A stretch of 61,522 nt of DNA, counting the filler, from Archaeoglobus sp. JdFR-37 (GTDB taxonomy: Archaea; Halobacteriota; Archaeoglobi; Archaeoglobales; Archaeoglobaceae), in NCBI GenBank assembly GCA_002010215.1. It is 3 parts of 3 records of this genome, joined end to end, with 100 filler letters (N's around TTAATTAATTAA, not from the genome) between each part and the next. Parts side by side here need not be neighbours in the genome. Positions count along the whole stretch, not along the records: positions 1 to 28,274 come from MTMY01000037.1; positions 28,375 to 55,480 come from MTMY01000029.1; 1 more part is not named here. One strand, 5' to 3'. Both the position numbers and the translations under genes were made by a program. Of the stretch, positions 18,503 to 29,461 are shown in pieces (the stretch's first letter is position 1; each line of letters starts with the position of its first letter). The notes beneath the pieces were generated by a model. The model made no database searches. It saw nothing but the letters and a program-made list of their open reading frames with translations, and was not told the origin of the DNA.

Positions 18503-19458
18503 CTAGTCATTGAAAATACTGAGCTGAGCTCGTTTCTGCTGCCTGCAGCCAGCAATATCATACCGTCTTCGATGACCAGATCCTTTGGCGGGTTTGGGTG
18601 CAGCTTACCATCCGAGCACACTGCAAGTATTCTCGCGCCTGAAATTTTCTCAATCTCACTTATCTGTTTACCTTCTGCTTTGCTACCTTTCCCCACAATG
18701 AACTCACTATAATATATCCCCCCTGCCACTTCCTTAAGATCAAGCACCCCCTCGACACTTTCCAGAATTATTCTGGCAAGATGAATGCCAGCAATGCTCT
18801 TAGGCATCAGAACTTTTTTGGCTCCAGCATAAAGAAAATACTTCGCATAAAAGGGATCGTCTGCTACAACATATTTGTCGACATCTATATTTTTTAGAGA
18901 TACTAGAGTGTCTAGAATTCTCTCAGGGCTTTTCCAGGCCACTATGACGCTGAGGGCCCCCTCAATATTTTCCAAAAATGTGCTATCCATCAGTACAGTC
19001 GGAAAACCCTCCTCCAGAGATTTTTTCGCATCTTCTTCATTATATTCCACAACTAGAAACTTAACGCCGGAACGCTCAAGCTCCTTGCAGATACCTCTAC
19101 TAAGAGGGTTGTATCCGCATACCACGATATGGTTCTTCAAGCCTTCAACCTTCCTTGGCACATACAGCCTAAGCTTCATTTCAGCCCAAGGTATCAGAAC
19201 GTAGGGAAAGAGGAAGCCAAAAAGGAAGAATATTCCAGTTAGCATTACCAGTATAGTGAATATCCTCCCTGGAACCGAATGGAGTACGATATCACCATAT
19301 CCGACTGTTGTTACAGTTGTTATAACCCAGTAAAAGCCATCAAAAATAGAGTAGTACTCATCCTCGAAGTAGAGTTTCAGAATCACAAAGATTTCAGAGT
19401 ATATTATCAGAATAATTAAAAAATAGGTTATAGCCAGAAACGTTCTCCGCTTCATCAC
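18490..19458 (-). CDS. Two-TM potassium channel with RCK domain
   Basis: TTVGYGD selectivity filter; NHIVVCGY. Confidence 0.92.
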   Translation of the reverse strand: MMKRRTFLAITYFLIILIIYSEIFVILKLYFEDEYYSIFDGFYWVITTVTTVGYGDIVLHSVPGRIFTILVMLTGIFFLFGFLFPYVLIPWAEMKLRLYVPRKVEGLKNHIVVCGYNPLSRGICKELERSGVKFLVVEYNEEDAKKSLEEGFPTVLMDSTFLENIEGALSVIVAWKSPERILDTLVSLKNIDVDKYVVADDPFYAKYFLYAGAKKVLMPKSIAGIHLARIILESVEGVLDLKEVAGGIYYSEFIVGKGSKAEGKQISEIEKISGARILAVCSDGKLHPNPPKDLVIEDGMILLAAGSRNELSSVFSMTRWTK

Positions 19459-20273
19459 TGAGGTTTATCCATGAGTTTAATCTTTTTAAGAATTTCGCCA
19501 TCTTTGGAGTGGGGATTTCTATAAACGGTGTCGTTACCCTTCTCAATCTCTCTAGCTTCATCAGCCAGAATTGCTGCGATGCGCATCATCTCATGAGCTG
19601 ACGCTACAAGTGGGATGTATTTCTCAGGATCCTTCTCCATGAAGCAGCCCTTGACATCAACATCTGCCACCTTCTCTGCGATAAAGTATGCAGCCATTGC
19701 TTTGGCTTTTGCATACGGGTTGGAGAAGTTTCCAGCATTAACAGCTCTTTCAGCAGTAATCACCAGCTTCGGCAGTTCGGGAGTTTCACCCTTCTTGACA
19801 GCTTCGATTACGCCATCAATTGCCTCCTGAACAAGCCTGAAAGCACCTGTTGCAGCAAGAACCTTCACAACATCAGCATTGAAGAGAGCCATTTCCGTTG
19901 GGTCGAGGAATTCTCTTCTTGCTCCAATCATGGAATCAGCATTTATGAATATGTAGCCAAAGCCTTTCTCGGCAATCTCATCCTTGGCTTTCTTTGCTGG
20001 GGCGTCGCTGATGACAATTACGGGTTTACCCTCAAAAGCTTCTCTCGCTGCCTTTGGTCCAGGAAGAGCAGCATTTGGGGAGATAACTATTACCACATCG
20101 GGGTCGAACTCTTTGAGCTTTTCAGCTACCACAGCCTCCTCGGGCTGCATCTTGGCACCGCTTGTAACAACCCTGACTTCGATATCTCCTCTATCAGCTC
20201 TCTCATCCAAAAGATATTCCACTAGCAAGGCTGTTCCAATTGCACCCATCTTCAAAACGCCTACCTTCACCAT
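19455..20273 (-). CDS. mtd: F420-dependent methylene-H4MPT dehydrogenase
   Basis: LLDERADR, SGAKM, SPN.ALPGP, MIGARREFLDPTEM, RNPH. Confidence 0.97.
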   Translation of the reverse strand: MVKVGVLKMGAIGTALLVEYLLDERADRGDIEVRVVTSGAKMQPEEAVVAEKLKEFDPDVVIVISPNAALPGPKAAREAFEGKPVIVISDAPAKKAKDEIAEKGFGYIFINADSMIGARREFLDPTEMALFNADVVKVLAATGAFRLVQEAIDGVIEAVKKGETPELPKLVITAERAVNAGNFSNPYAKAKAMAAYFIAEKVADVDVKGCFMEKDPEKYIPLVASAHEMMRIAAILADEAREIEKGNDTVYRNPHSKDGEILKKIKLMDKPQ

Positions 20274-20441
20274 TTCTCTCACCACATCTGCCTCAGCACG
20301 GTAAAATATAACCGTTTTCTTTTTTGATGAGTTTGGTTGGTATGGTTTGATTAATTATCCTAGCAACGGCGGCAGGGTTAGAAGACTAACAGTAAAGGGA
20401 TAACAACTAATTGGGAAAACAATTAATACCCTCAAAGCGAT

Positions 20442-21890
20442 GTGCGAGCAATGTCAAAGGTGCTGGTTGTTGATGCAGGTGGCAGAGGTAACGCTATCGC
20501 TCACGCTTTTGCCAGAAGCGAGAAGGTAAAAGAGGTTTTCATAGCTCCAGGAAACGGTGGCAGTAATTTCTTCCCAAAATGCAGGCAGGCAAAGCTCAAT
20601 GGAAAACAGATTCCCTCCATAAGGTCAATTGACGAAATAATCACTTTTGCAAAAAAGGAAGAAGTGGACTTGGTTTTCATCGGCCCGGAAGAACCTTTGA
20701 GCCTTGGCATTGTGGACAGACTGGAGGAGGAAGGATTTCCTGCTGTAGGGCCGAAAAGGGAGGCGACGATTCTGGAGGCAAGCAAGTGCTGGGCGAAGGA
20801 TTTTCTGGCAAAGATTGGCGTACCAATCCCTGAATACTGGAATTTTGATGACGCAGATGAGGCTAAAGCTTTCGTTAAAGATTACTATGCAAACAACCCT
20901 AGCAAAAACCTTGTTGTGAAGGCTGATGGACTTGCTGCTGGTAAGGGGGTGTTTGTGTGCGACTCAGTTGATGAGGCTCTTTACGCCATCGAAGCAATCA
21001 TGATTGAAAGACGATTCGGCGATGCAGGTAATAAAGTTGACATTGAGGAAAGGTTATACGGTGTAGAGGTTGCATTTACAGCTATCACTGATGGGAAGGC
21101 TGTTCTGCCCTTTGGACATGCAAAGGACTACAAGAGAGCCTTCGACCCAGACGACATTGATGGTCTGAGAGATTATTACATTGGTACCATGAAAAAGTTC
21201 ATTTCCAAGGGACAGGCAGAAAAGCTATTCAAAGAAGGTAAGCTTCTCAACCCCAACACCGGGGGAATGGGAGCCATTTCACCCCATCCCTTCATCGATG
21301 AAGAGTTGGAAGAGAGGATAATGAAAATGGTGGTTGAGCCCACCGTAAGAAAGTTCAGAGAGCTGGAAGGCAAAACTTTCAAGGGGATTTTCTATCCGGT
21401 TATCATGCTTGTTGAGGAGAACGAGGAGTGGATTCCAAAGGTTCTCGAGATAAATGTGAGAGATTGTGATCCCGGAGCAGAGGCAAAGCTTCCACGCCTA
21501 GAAAGCGACATGTTCGACCTCTCAATGGCCATAATCGAAGGCAACCTTTCAGACTACGAAATATCCTTCAGCAGCGATTACTGTGTTGCGGTATGTGCTG
21601 TTAGCGGCGCTCTTAAAGGAAGGGAAGGCTTCAAACCAGGATATCCGGGAGAGCACTATACAAGCCAGCCCATAAACGGGATTGAAGAGGCCATGAAAGA
21701 TGGAATAATTTATGCCAATGGAATCGCGTGCAACAATGGATGTGTCACAACTGGCGGCAGAGTTCTCACGGTGGTAGGCAGAGGCGAGAGTATTGAAGAG
21801 GCCAGATCGAAAGCTTACTCCGCTCTGGAGAGAATAGATTTCCCGGGCATGAGATATCGCAGAACTATAGGGCTCGATGTCGGAGAATAG
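20442..21890 (+). CDS. purD: Phosphoribosylamine-glycine ligase
   Basis: APGNGG, GPE.PL..G, VKADGLAAGKGV, PNTGGMG, TTGGRVL. Confidence 0.96.
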   Translation: MRAMSKVLVVDAGGRGNAIAHAFARSEKVKEVFIAPGNGGSNFFPKCRQAKLNGKQIPSIRSIDEIITFAKKEEVDLVFIGPEEPLSLGIVDRLEEEGFPAVGPKREATILEASKCWAKDFLAKIGVPIPEYWNFDDADEAKAFVKDYYANNPSKNLVVKADGLAAGKGVFVCDSVDEALYAIEAIMIERRFGDAGNKVDIEERLYGVEVAFTAITDGKAVLPFGHAKDYKRAFDPDDIDGLRDYYIGTMKKFISKGQAEKLFKEGKLLNPNTGGMGAISPHPFIDEELEERIMKMVVEPTVRKFRELEGKTFKGIFYPVIMLVEENEEWIPKVLEINVRDCDPGAEAKLPRLESDMFDLSMAIIEGNLSDYEISFSSDYCVAVCAVSGALKGREGFKPGYPGEHYTSQPINGIEEAMKDGIIYANGIACNNGCVTTGGRVLTVVGRGESIEEARSKAYSALERIDFPGMRYRRTIGLDVGE

Positions 21891-21934
21891 AAAGAATAAT
21901 TTAATTTCAAAATTTTAAAAAACCAAATAATAAA

Positions 21935-24292
21935 TCATCTTTCATTTTCTATTACAACGCCACATATAATTCCTTTTCTGCTCAGAAGTACACCGCTTGC
22001 AGTCCTACCTTGCCTAGAAATCTCTGAAACGTTCACTCTAAGGGCATAGCCGTCTGGACTGAAAGTGAGAAGTTCCTCATTGCCTTTCACGAATTCTGAG
22101 AGTATAACCTCTCCATTTCTTGCACCTAGTCTGATGTTTATCACTCCCATTGAGCCCCTTGATGTAAGGCGATACTCTTTGACAGGTGTCCGTTTTGCAT
22201 ATCCCTTATCAGTTAGCGTCAGAATATCTCCATCGTTTGTGATGGTGGTCATGGATGCGATGCTATCTCCTTTCCTCAGCCTGATTGCCTTCACACCTCT
22301 GGCAGTCCTCCCATAACTGGGAACTTCTGCCAAGCTGAACCTGACAGCCATGCCTTTTCGCGTCGCTATCAGCACCTCATTCCCTTCTACCAAGCGAACA
22401 GAGATAATTCTGCCTGAAGATGCTGCGATACCTGCTCTCTTTGCATTTTCGAACTCCTCTGCTTGTATTCTCTTGATATGGCCATCTTCCGTCAATATCA
22501 GAAGTTCAGCACTGAAATCTGGAAGAGAGATAACGGAAACAACTCTCTCACCTTCCTCAAGTCCTATGAACTTCCTTATATGGACTCCTCTTGCGGTCCT
22601 GTCCATCTTTGGAATTCTATAAGCTTCAACCCAGTAACATTTCTTCTCGGTGAAAATTAGCAGTCTGTGCTTAGTATTGCAGATAGTCAGTACTGCTGGC
22701 AGGTCGCCATTCTTGATGCTGGCACCTATTACTCCAACACCGCCCCTCGCTTGTAACCGGAAAGCGTCCATGTCGATTCTCTTGATGTATCCATCTCTGG
22801 TAACCACAAGAATGTTCTGCTCCTCGGCTATGAGCTCTTCGGCCTCAATCTCTGCTTCATCATCCACAATCTCAGTTCTTCTCCTATCCCCATACTTCTC
22901 TTTGATTTCCATCAACTCTGTGGCAATTATATCATCAATTTTCTCTTCCGAAGCAAGAATTGACTTTAACTCTGCAATTTTCGTCTTCAACTCCTCGTAC
23001 TCATTCATCAACGCATCCACTTCCATGCTTGTGAGCTTCTGTAGCCGCATCTGCAGTATGGCATCAGCCTGTTTCTCCGAGAGGTCGTATGATTCCATGA
23101 GTTTCATTTTTGCCTCCGACGGTGATGCAGAAGCTTTTATGAGCTGAACAACATTATCAACATCTTCAAGAGCCTTCTTCAGCCCTTCTACTATGTGGAG
23201 CCTCTCCTCAGCCTTCTTGAGATCAAAAGCTGTTCTTCTCCTGACAACTTCTCTTCTGTGCTTCACGTATTCTGCTACCATCTCTTTGAGGTTCAGAAGT
23301 CTGGGCTCGCCATCAACAAGGGCAAGATTGATTACTCCGAATGTATTCTGGAGAGCGGTGTAAGAATAGAGCTTCCTTATCACCACTTCTGCATCTGCAT
23401 CATGTTTCAGTTCAACAACAACTCTTATACCTTCCCTGTCGGATTCATCCCTTACCGTCCTGACCTCCTCCAGCCGTCCTTCTTTAATGAGTTCTGCGAT
23501 TTTCTCAACCAGCTTTGCCTTGTTCACTTGGTAAGGGACTTCCCTGATAATAACAGCGTTCTTCTCAACTTCCACTCTCCCTCTCACAACGATTTTACCC
23601 TTACCCGTCAGATACGCTTCTTCAATCCCTGCTCTGCCATAAATTATCCCGCCGGTGGGAAAGTCAGGGCCCTTAACAAACTTCATGAGCTCTTCAACGC
23701 TTATATCTGGGTTTCTGATGTAGGCAATGATGGCATCGCAAACTTCAGCAAGGTTGTGGGGTGGCATATTTGTGGCCATACCCACTGCAATGCCGCTTGC
23801 ACCGTTTATCAGTAGGTTTGGAATTCTTGCCGGCAGCACTACAGGCTCTTTAAGCGTTGAATCGAAGTTGGGGACGAAATCTACTGTTTCTTTATCGATG
23901 TCTGCCAGCATTTCCTCTGCAATTTTTGCAAGCCTTGCCTCAGTATAACGCATCGCCGCAGCTTCATCCCCATCTATGCTGCCAAAATTGCCCTGTCCAT
24001 CAACAAGTGGGTAGCGCATGTTGAAATCCTGAGCCATTCTGACTAGGGCGTCATAGACAGCAGTATCCCCATGTGGGTGATACTTACCCAGCACATCTCC
24101 GACTATTCTGGCAGACTTTCTGTAGGGACGATTGCTGAAAAGACCCATTTCGTACATTGCATACAGAATGCGTCGCTGAACGGGCTTCAAACCATCCTTC
24201 ACATCCGGCAGAGCTCTGCCGACAATAACACTCATGGCATAATCGATATAGGATGTTTTGAGTTCCTCGCTGATTTCCCTCACAAGCTCCAT
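21935..24292 (-). CDS. gyrA: DNA gyrase subunit A
   Basis: [25 protein letters not shown], GyrA-box QARGGVG. Confidence 0.97.
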   Translation of the reverse strand: MELVREISEELKTSYIDYAMSVIVGRALPDVKDGLKPVQRRILYAMYEMGLFSNRPYRKSARIVGDVLGKYHPHGDTAVYDALVRMAQDFNMRYPLVDGQGNFGSIDGDEAAAMRYTEARLAKIAEEMLADIDKETVDFVPNFDSTLKEPVVLPARIPNLLINGASGIAVGMATNMPPHNLAEVCDAIIAYIRNPDISVEELMKFVKGPDFPTGGIIYGRAGIEEAYLTGKGKIVVRGRVEVEKNAVIIREVPYQVNKAKLVEKIAELIKEGRLEEVRTVRDESDREGIRVVVELKHDADAEVVIRKLYSYTALQNTFGVINLALVDGEPRLLNLKEMVAEYVKHRREVVRRRTAFDLKKAEERLHIVEGLKKALEDVDNVVQLIKASASPSEAKMKLMESYDLSEKQADAILQMRLQKLTSMEVDALMNEYEELKTKIAELKSILASEEKIDDIIATELMEIKEKYGDRRRTEIVDDEAEIEAEELIAEEQNILVVTRDGYIKRIDMDAFRLQARGGVGVIGASIKNGDLPAVLTICNTKHRLLIFTEKKCYWVEAYRIPKMDRTARGVHIRKFIGLEEGERVVSVISLPDFSAELLILTEDGHIKRIQAEEFENAKRAGIAASSGRIISVRLVEGNEVLIATRKGMAVRFSLAEVPSYGRTARGVKAIRLRKGDSIASMTTITNDGDILTLTDKGYAKRTPVKEYRLTSRGSMGVINIRLGARNGEVILSEFVKGNEELLTFSPDGYALRVNVSEISRQGRTASGVLLSRKGIICGVVIENER

Positions 24293-24356
24293 CCTTTCAC
24301 CTTAACCTACAATGGTGAAAGTGGACATATAAAGGTGTCAGTTTTGGGATTTAGAA

Positions 24357-24548
24357 TTAGGATAAGAGACTTATCTTTTCGACAAAGATGTTGTATATGC
24401 TATCATCACACTCAATATTGCCACTTGGTCTCGCCACTACACCATCCACCTTTAAATTAAATTTGAGTCTTCATAAATTGGAACGAGATATTTCTCTCCA
24501 AGCTGCTTGAACACCGCTTTCCTCCCAAATTTCACGTCAATTCTCTGA
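24357..24548 (-). pseudogene. Frameshifted remnant ORF between gyrB and gyrA
   Basis: Two coding-like frames join if one copy of a 5-nt duplication (24454-24463) is removed. Confidence 0.35.
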
Positions 24549-24610
24549 GAATCCGATCATCTAGGTTTAGTCCAGCTTATTCCTTATTGGGAAAAAAGAA
24601 AATGTCACTT

Positions 24611-26476
24611 TCAGATATCTAGATTCCTCACTTCCCTCGAGTGCTCGATGATAAAATTCCTTCTGGCCTCTACATCCTCTCCCATCAGGGTGGTAAACAG
24701 TTCTTCTGCCTCCATTGCATCCTCAATTGTAACCTGCATCATAATTCTGTTTTTGGGATTCATTGTTGTCTCCCAGAGCTGATCAGGATTCATCTCTCCC
24801 AGACCCTTGTAACGCTGGATTTCGGCATTACCGATTCTCTTGAGCAGGTCTTCTAGTTCTCTATCAGAGTAGACATAATACACCTTCTTCCCCTTCTTAA
24901 CTCTGTAAAGAGGTGGCTGGGCTATGTAGAGGTAGCCATGCTCGATGAGTGGGCGCATGTAGCGATAGAAGAAGGTGAGAAGGAGAGTTCTTATGTGGGC
25001 CCCATCCACATCTGCGTCTGTCATGATGACAACTCTGCGATATCTCGCCTTGTTGATTTCAAAATCCTTTCCAACTCCCGCACCTATAGCTGCTATCAGC
25101 GCTTTGATTTCTTCGTTTTTCAAAGCTTTCATCATCCCTGATTTCTCTACATTGATTATCTTCCCTCTGATGGGCAGAACAGCCTGAAAGTTTCTATCTC
25201 TGGCCTGTTTTGCAGAACCACCTGCTGATTCTCCCTCCACGATAAACAACTCTCTCTCATCAGGATTCTTGGATGAGCAGTCCGCAAGTTTTCCGGGTAG
25301 AGTGAGATGGACTTCATTTTTCCTTCTGACAAGTTCTTTTGCCCTTCTTGCAGCCTCTCTCGCCTTCATTGAAAGCATACACTTCTCAATAACCTTCATA
25401 GCTTCGTTAGGATGCTCTTCAAGCCATTTCAACATTTCTGAGTATACTATAGATTCCACAATTTTTCTAACATTAGAGTTTGTAAGCTTCGTCTTTGTCT
25501 GCCCCTCAAACTGGGGTTCTGGAACCTTTACTGAGATAACAGCCGTGAGCCCCTCCCTTATATCTGCTCCAGTTATGGGTTTGTATTTCCTCACGTTTTT
25601 CTTTCCATATTCATTGATTGCCCTTGTAAGGCCAGCTCTGAAGCCGATAAGATGCGTTCCGCCTTCTACGTTGTTTATGTTGTTTGCGTAGGCAAAGATG
25701 TTCTCGTACTCCGTTTCTGTGAATTGAAGAGCTATCTCCACCTTTATGTCGTCTTTTTCACCTTGGAAATATATTACATCATGTATCTTGGGTCTATTTC
25801 GATTAACATGCCTTACAAACTCTTTTATACCTTCTTTACTGTAAAACTCATCCTCTTTCCCAGTTCTTTCATCAATTAACCTGATTTTGAGTCCTTTGGT
25901 CAAATAAGCCAGTTCTTTCAACCTCTGAGCAACTATATCATATCGAAATTCAGTTGTTTCAAAAATTTCCTCATCAGGCTTGAATCTGATGATCGTACCT
26001 GTCTGTTCTGTCTCGTTAATGATCTCCAGACCTGTTACAGCTTTCCCTTTCTCAAAACGCATGTAATAGGTCTTGCCGTTTCTCTTTACCCAAACCTCAA
26101 GCCATTCAGAAAGGGCATTCACCACTGAAACGCCAACACCATGTAACCCTCCTGCCACCTTATAGGCTTTATCACTGAACTTTCCTCCTGCATGCAGCTT
26201 CGTAAGAACGACCTCAACTGCAGGCTTGCCGAGCCTGTGCATTTCAGTAGGGATTCCTCTGCCATTATCTTCAACACTCGCCGAACCGTCTCTGTGAAGC
26301 CTGACTACAATTGTATCACAGTACCCTGCCATTGCCTCATCAATACTGTTATCTACCACCTCCCAAAGAAGGTGATGGAGACCTCTAATGCCAGTACCTC
26401 CAACATACATCCCCGGCCTTTTCCTTACAGCCTCCAGGTCTCCCAGAACCTCTATCTGATCCGCAGTGTACTCCAT
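24611..26476 (-). CDS. gyrB: DNA gyrase subunit B
   Basis: EVVDNSIDE, HAGGKF, VEGESAGGSA, TDADVDG, RYKGLGEM. Confidence 0.97.
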   Translation of the reverse strand: MEYTADQIEVLGDLEAVRKRPGMYVGGTGIRGLHHLLWEVVDNSIDEAMAGYCDTIVVRLHRDGSASVEDNGRGIPTEMHRLGKPAVEVVLTKLHAGGKFSDKAYKVAGGLHGVGVSVVNALSEWLEVWVKRNGKTYYMRFEKGKAVTGLEIINETEQTGTIIRFKPDEEIFETTEFRYDIVAQRLKELAYLTKGLKIRLIDERTGKEDEFYSKEGIKEFVRHVNRNRPKIHDVIYFQGEKDDIKVEIALQFTETEYENIFAYANNINNVEGGTHLIGFRAGLTRAINEYGKKNVRKYKPITGADIREGLTAVISVKVPEPQFEGQTKTKLTNSNVRKIVESIVYSEMLKWLEEHPNEAMKVIEKCMLSMKAREAARRAKELVRRKNEVHLTLPGKLADCSSKNPDERELFIVEGESAGGSAKQARDRNFQAVLPIRGKIINVEKSGMMKALKNEEIKALIAAIGAGVGKDFEINKARYRRVVIMTDADVDGAHIRTLLLTFFYRYMRPLIEHGYLYIAQPPLYRVKKGKKVYYVYSDRELEDLLKRIGNAEIQRYKGLGEMNPDQLWETTMNPKNRIMMQVTIEDAMEAEELFTTLMGEDVEARRNFIIEHSREVRNLDI

Positions 26477-26691
26477 TTGGACACCTCTCTTGAGAAATAT
26501 AAGACAAGTTATTTTTGACGTCTTAGAAAATAAAGCTTTCCTCCAAATTTGATATTTAAAACCCGAATTATCGGTTTTCTCGCGGATAGAAAACTTTAAA
26601 TACCTGAATTTACGAAAAAACGAAAAATCGTGATAGATTTTACCGATTAATCGTGGAAAATTATTTATTTGGTAGCGCGCAAAATAATCCC

Positions 26692-28274
26692 ATGCTAGGA
26701 GTGGAAGGAAAAATAATTACAGAGGTTGAGGGCAGCGAAGTGAACAGAATATGGCTGAAAAGCTATGATCCACACGTCAGACCAGAACTTGAATACCCTG
26801 AAGAGCCTCTTTTTAAGATTCTCGAAAATTCTGCTGAGAAATATCCAGAGAAAATCGCTCTTGATTTTATCGGGAAAACACTAACTTACAAGGAAGTTAA
26901 CGGGCTTTCTGACAGAATAGCTGGATTTCTAAGGAAGATGGGTGTGAAAAAGGGAGACAAGGTGATAGTTAATCTCCCAAATACTCCTCATTACGTTATT
27001 TCTTATTATGGGATACTGAAAGCTGGCGGAGTGGTGGTGCAGTGCAATCCTCTTTACACCGAGAGAGAGCTCAGACATATTGCCGAAAACAGCGAGGCAA
27101 AAATTGCATTTGTTGTAGAGACTGCATATCCAAATATCAAACCCTTACTGAGTGAAGGTGTCATTGAAAAGATTATTATTTGTAGGATTGAGGATTACTT
27201 GCCCAGCCTGTTGTATTTCCTGTACAGATTAAAAAAGGAGAAAGTCAATGTGGAAATAAACGAAAGAACAATTTTCTGGAAAGATGCAGTGTCTCATTCT
27301 CCTTCAAAAGAGAAGGCTGATGTCAATCCCAAAGAAGATGTGGCAGTTTTTCAGTATACTGGTGGTACAACAGGGTTACCTAAAGCAGTCATGCTGACCC
27401 ACTTCAATTTGGTTGCAAACGCTTTGCACGTTGTATCGTGGCTCCCAGATGCCAGCGAAAAGGACATATTTCTAGGAGCATTGCCCTACTTCCACGTTTA
27501 CGGAATGACAACGTCTATGAACGCACCAATCATGCTGGGATGCAAGATAGTTCTAATTCCTGACCCAAGAGACATTCCGAGGATACTGAAATCTATCCAG
27601 AAGCACCGGGTTACGGTATTCTGTGGTGTTCCAACATTGTTCAACGCAATTAACCAGCACCCCGATACTCCAAAATACGACCTCAAAAGCATCAGAGCCT
27701 GCATAAGCGGATCAGCTCCCCTCCCAATCGAGGTGAAGAGAGAATTTGAGCGCATAACTGGTGGGAAACTGGTTGAGGGCTACGGATTGAGTGAGACTTC
27801 TCCAGTGACGCATGCAAATCCAATAAACGGCGTGAACAAAGAGGGAAGCATAGGAATACCCTTCCCGGATACAATTGCAGTCGTTGTGGACGAAGAAGGC
27901 AGGATTCTGCCTCTTGGAGAGGTTGGCGAGCTAGCTATAAAAGGCCCGCAGGTTATGAAGGGCTACTACAAGATGGAGGAGGAGACGAAGAAGGCCCTCA
28001 TCAATGGCTGGCTACTCACGGGAGACATGGCTAAAATAGACGAAGACGGATATTTCTACATCGTAGACAGGAAAAAAGATGTCATTATTGCCGGAGGCTA
28101 CAACATCTACCCGAGAGAAGTTGAAGAAGTCCTCTACGAGCATCCTGCTGTGGTTGAGGCTGCAGTTGTGGGGGTTCCAGATCCCTATCGAGGAGAGACG
28201 GTAAAGGCCTACATAGTCCTGAAACCTGAATACAAAGGAAAGGTCAGCCAGGAGGAGATAATAGGCTTCTGCAG
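26692..28274 (+). CDS. fadD: Long-chain fatty acid-CoA ligase, 3'-truncated by contig end; start uncertain (26692 or 26740)
   Basis: YTGGTTGLPK, EGYGLSE, TGD, RKKD.II.GG.N.YP.E. Confidence 0.92.
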
Positions 28275-28374
28275 NNNNNNNNNNNNNNNNNNNNNNNNNN
28301 NNNNNNNNNNNNNNNNNNTTAATTAATTAANNNNNNNNNNNNNNNNNNNNNNNNNNNNNNNNNNNNNNNNNNNN
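28275..28374. other. Artificial contig linker
   Basis: 44 N + TTAATTAATTAA (stops in all six frames) + 44 N. Confidence 0.98.
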
Positions 28375-29056
28375 ACTCCCTTATCTCCCTCAAAGTGTAC
28401 CATAGAGAGACTGAGAGGACGAGGTAGCTGATAGCTATAAACCCCCTGAATGCTCCTTCAGAGTGTCCGAATGCTGCTAGGTGGAGACCCATCATCGCGG
28501 AGAAGAGTCTTGTGCCCAGTGCTGAAGGAAAGAGGTTCACCGGCACTACGATGCTTGAGGCTATGCGGAGGTACTTCTCAATCATTACTGCGAAGTATAT
28601 GATAGAGAGCATCAAAACTGATGAAGCAACACCTATCATCGCCCAAGAAATGCTCAATCTATCAAAAAGTAACCAAAGAACGGTCATGTAAATCATTACG
28701 TCTATAAACTCTTTTGTGAGCTTTGTGTAATAACCATTCTTTATCAGAGTATATATTGTGGAGGCTTCAATGTAAATTAATGCAACTGAAAGCACAACGC
28801 TACTTGCCACCATCATAGCTTTCATAAACTCGCTACCTATCAGCAAAAGGGCAGTTCCAGAAAAGTTGACCACGAGTATAGCTCCCAAGAGGAGGATTCC
28901 GTGACGTCTTGCAACTCCAACCCTTTCGTTGATGAAGTCTTTGGTTTCTTTGTTCAGAATCATGCTGAGGGAGATTAAAGAGAGGAGTGTAAGCAAGAGT
29001 CCCAGTTGGGACAGGAGATTGTCAATTAACGTTAGGTACATAATTGAGAATTGCAT
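28375..29056 (-). CDS. Hypothetical multi-pass membrane protein, 3'-truncated
   Basis: About 7 hydrophobic segments; runs into the gap. Confidence 0.7.
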
Positions 29057-29360
29057 TATCTTTATAATTTTTTTGACATGGGCGAGATATGATCAAGCAA
29101 GAGTTGACTTTGACCTTCACACCTGAGCATATAGGCAGCATATAGGTTTTATTTGTATGTGATCCAGATGAATTTAAAAAACATAAAAAACACTCAACCT
29201 GATACTTGGGTTTTGAAATCCTAAGCCGATTTACGAGCCAGTAGTCCTCAAGCTCAAGGATGTGAATCCCTAAGAGTTAAAGGAAGAATTAAAGATCCCA
29301 TAACGAATCATATGAAGAGAAATAGACTCTTTTAAGGGCTAACTTGAACCAAAAGTGGTA

Positions 29361-29461
29361 TGGGCCCGGAGGGATTTGAACCCTCGACCGCCCGGTCTCT
29401 CAGGGCCTGTCAAATGCACCCTTATGAGCCGGGCGCTCTGACCTGGCTAAGCTACGGGCCC
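29361..29461 (-). tRNA. tRNA-Ile2(CAT) with a 26-nt BHB intron (29397-29422)
   Basis: Mature sequence GGGCCCGTAGCTTAGCCAGGTCAGAGCGCCCGGCTCATA/ACCGGGCGGTCGAGGGTTCAAATCCCTCCGGGCCCA. The GGGCCC acceptor stem is Ile-type, though automated tools may call Met. Intron at position 37/38. Confidence 0.92.

Noticed and set aside
20298..20315. ACGGT/ACCGT arms around the mtd TATA box
   Set aside because: Too short to distinguish from chance.
23195..23815. 206-aa ORF antisense to gyrA, and similar shadow ORFs elsewhere
   Set aside because: Codon-bias shadows of well-supported genes.
28319..28330. TTAATTAATTAA palindrome (also 55525-55536)
   Set aside because: Synthetic linker; ORF ends reading into it are artefacts.
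29087..29126. C/D-box sRNA (ATGATCA...CTGA)
   Set aside because: Imperfect C box, too short, and no proper D'/C' guides.
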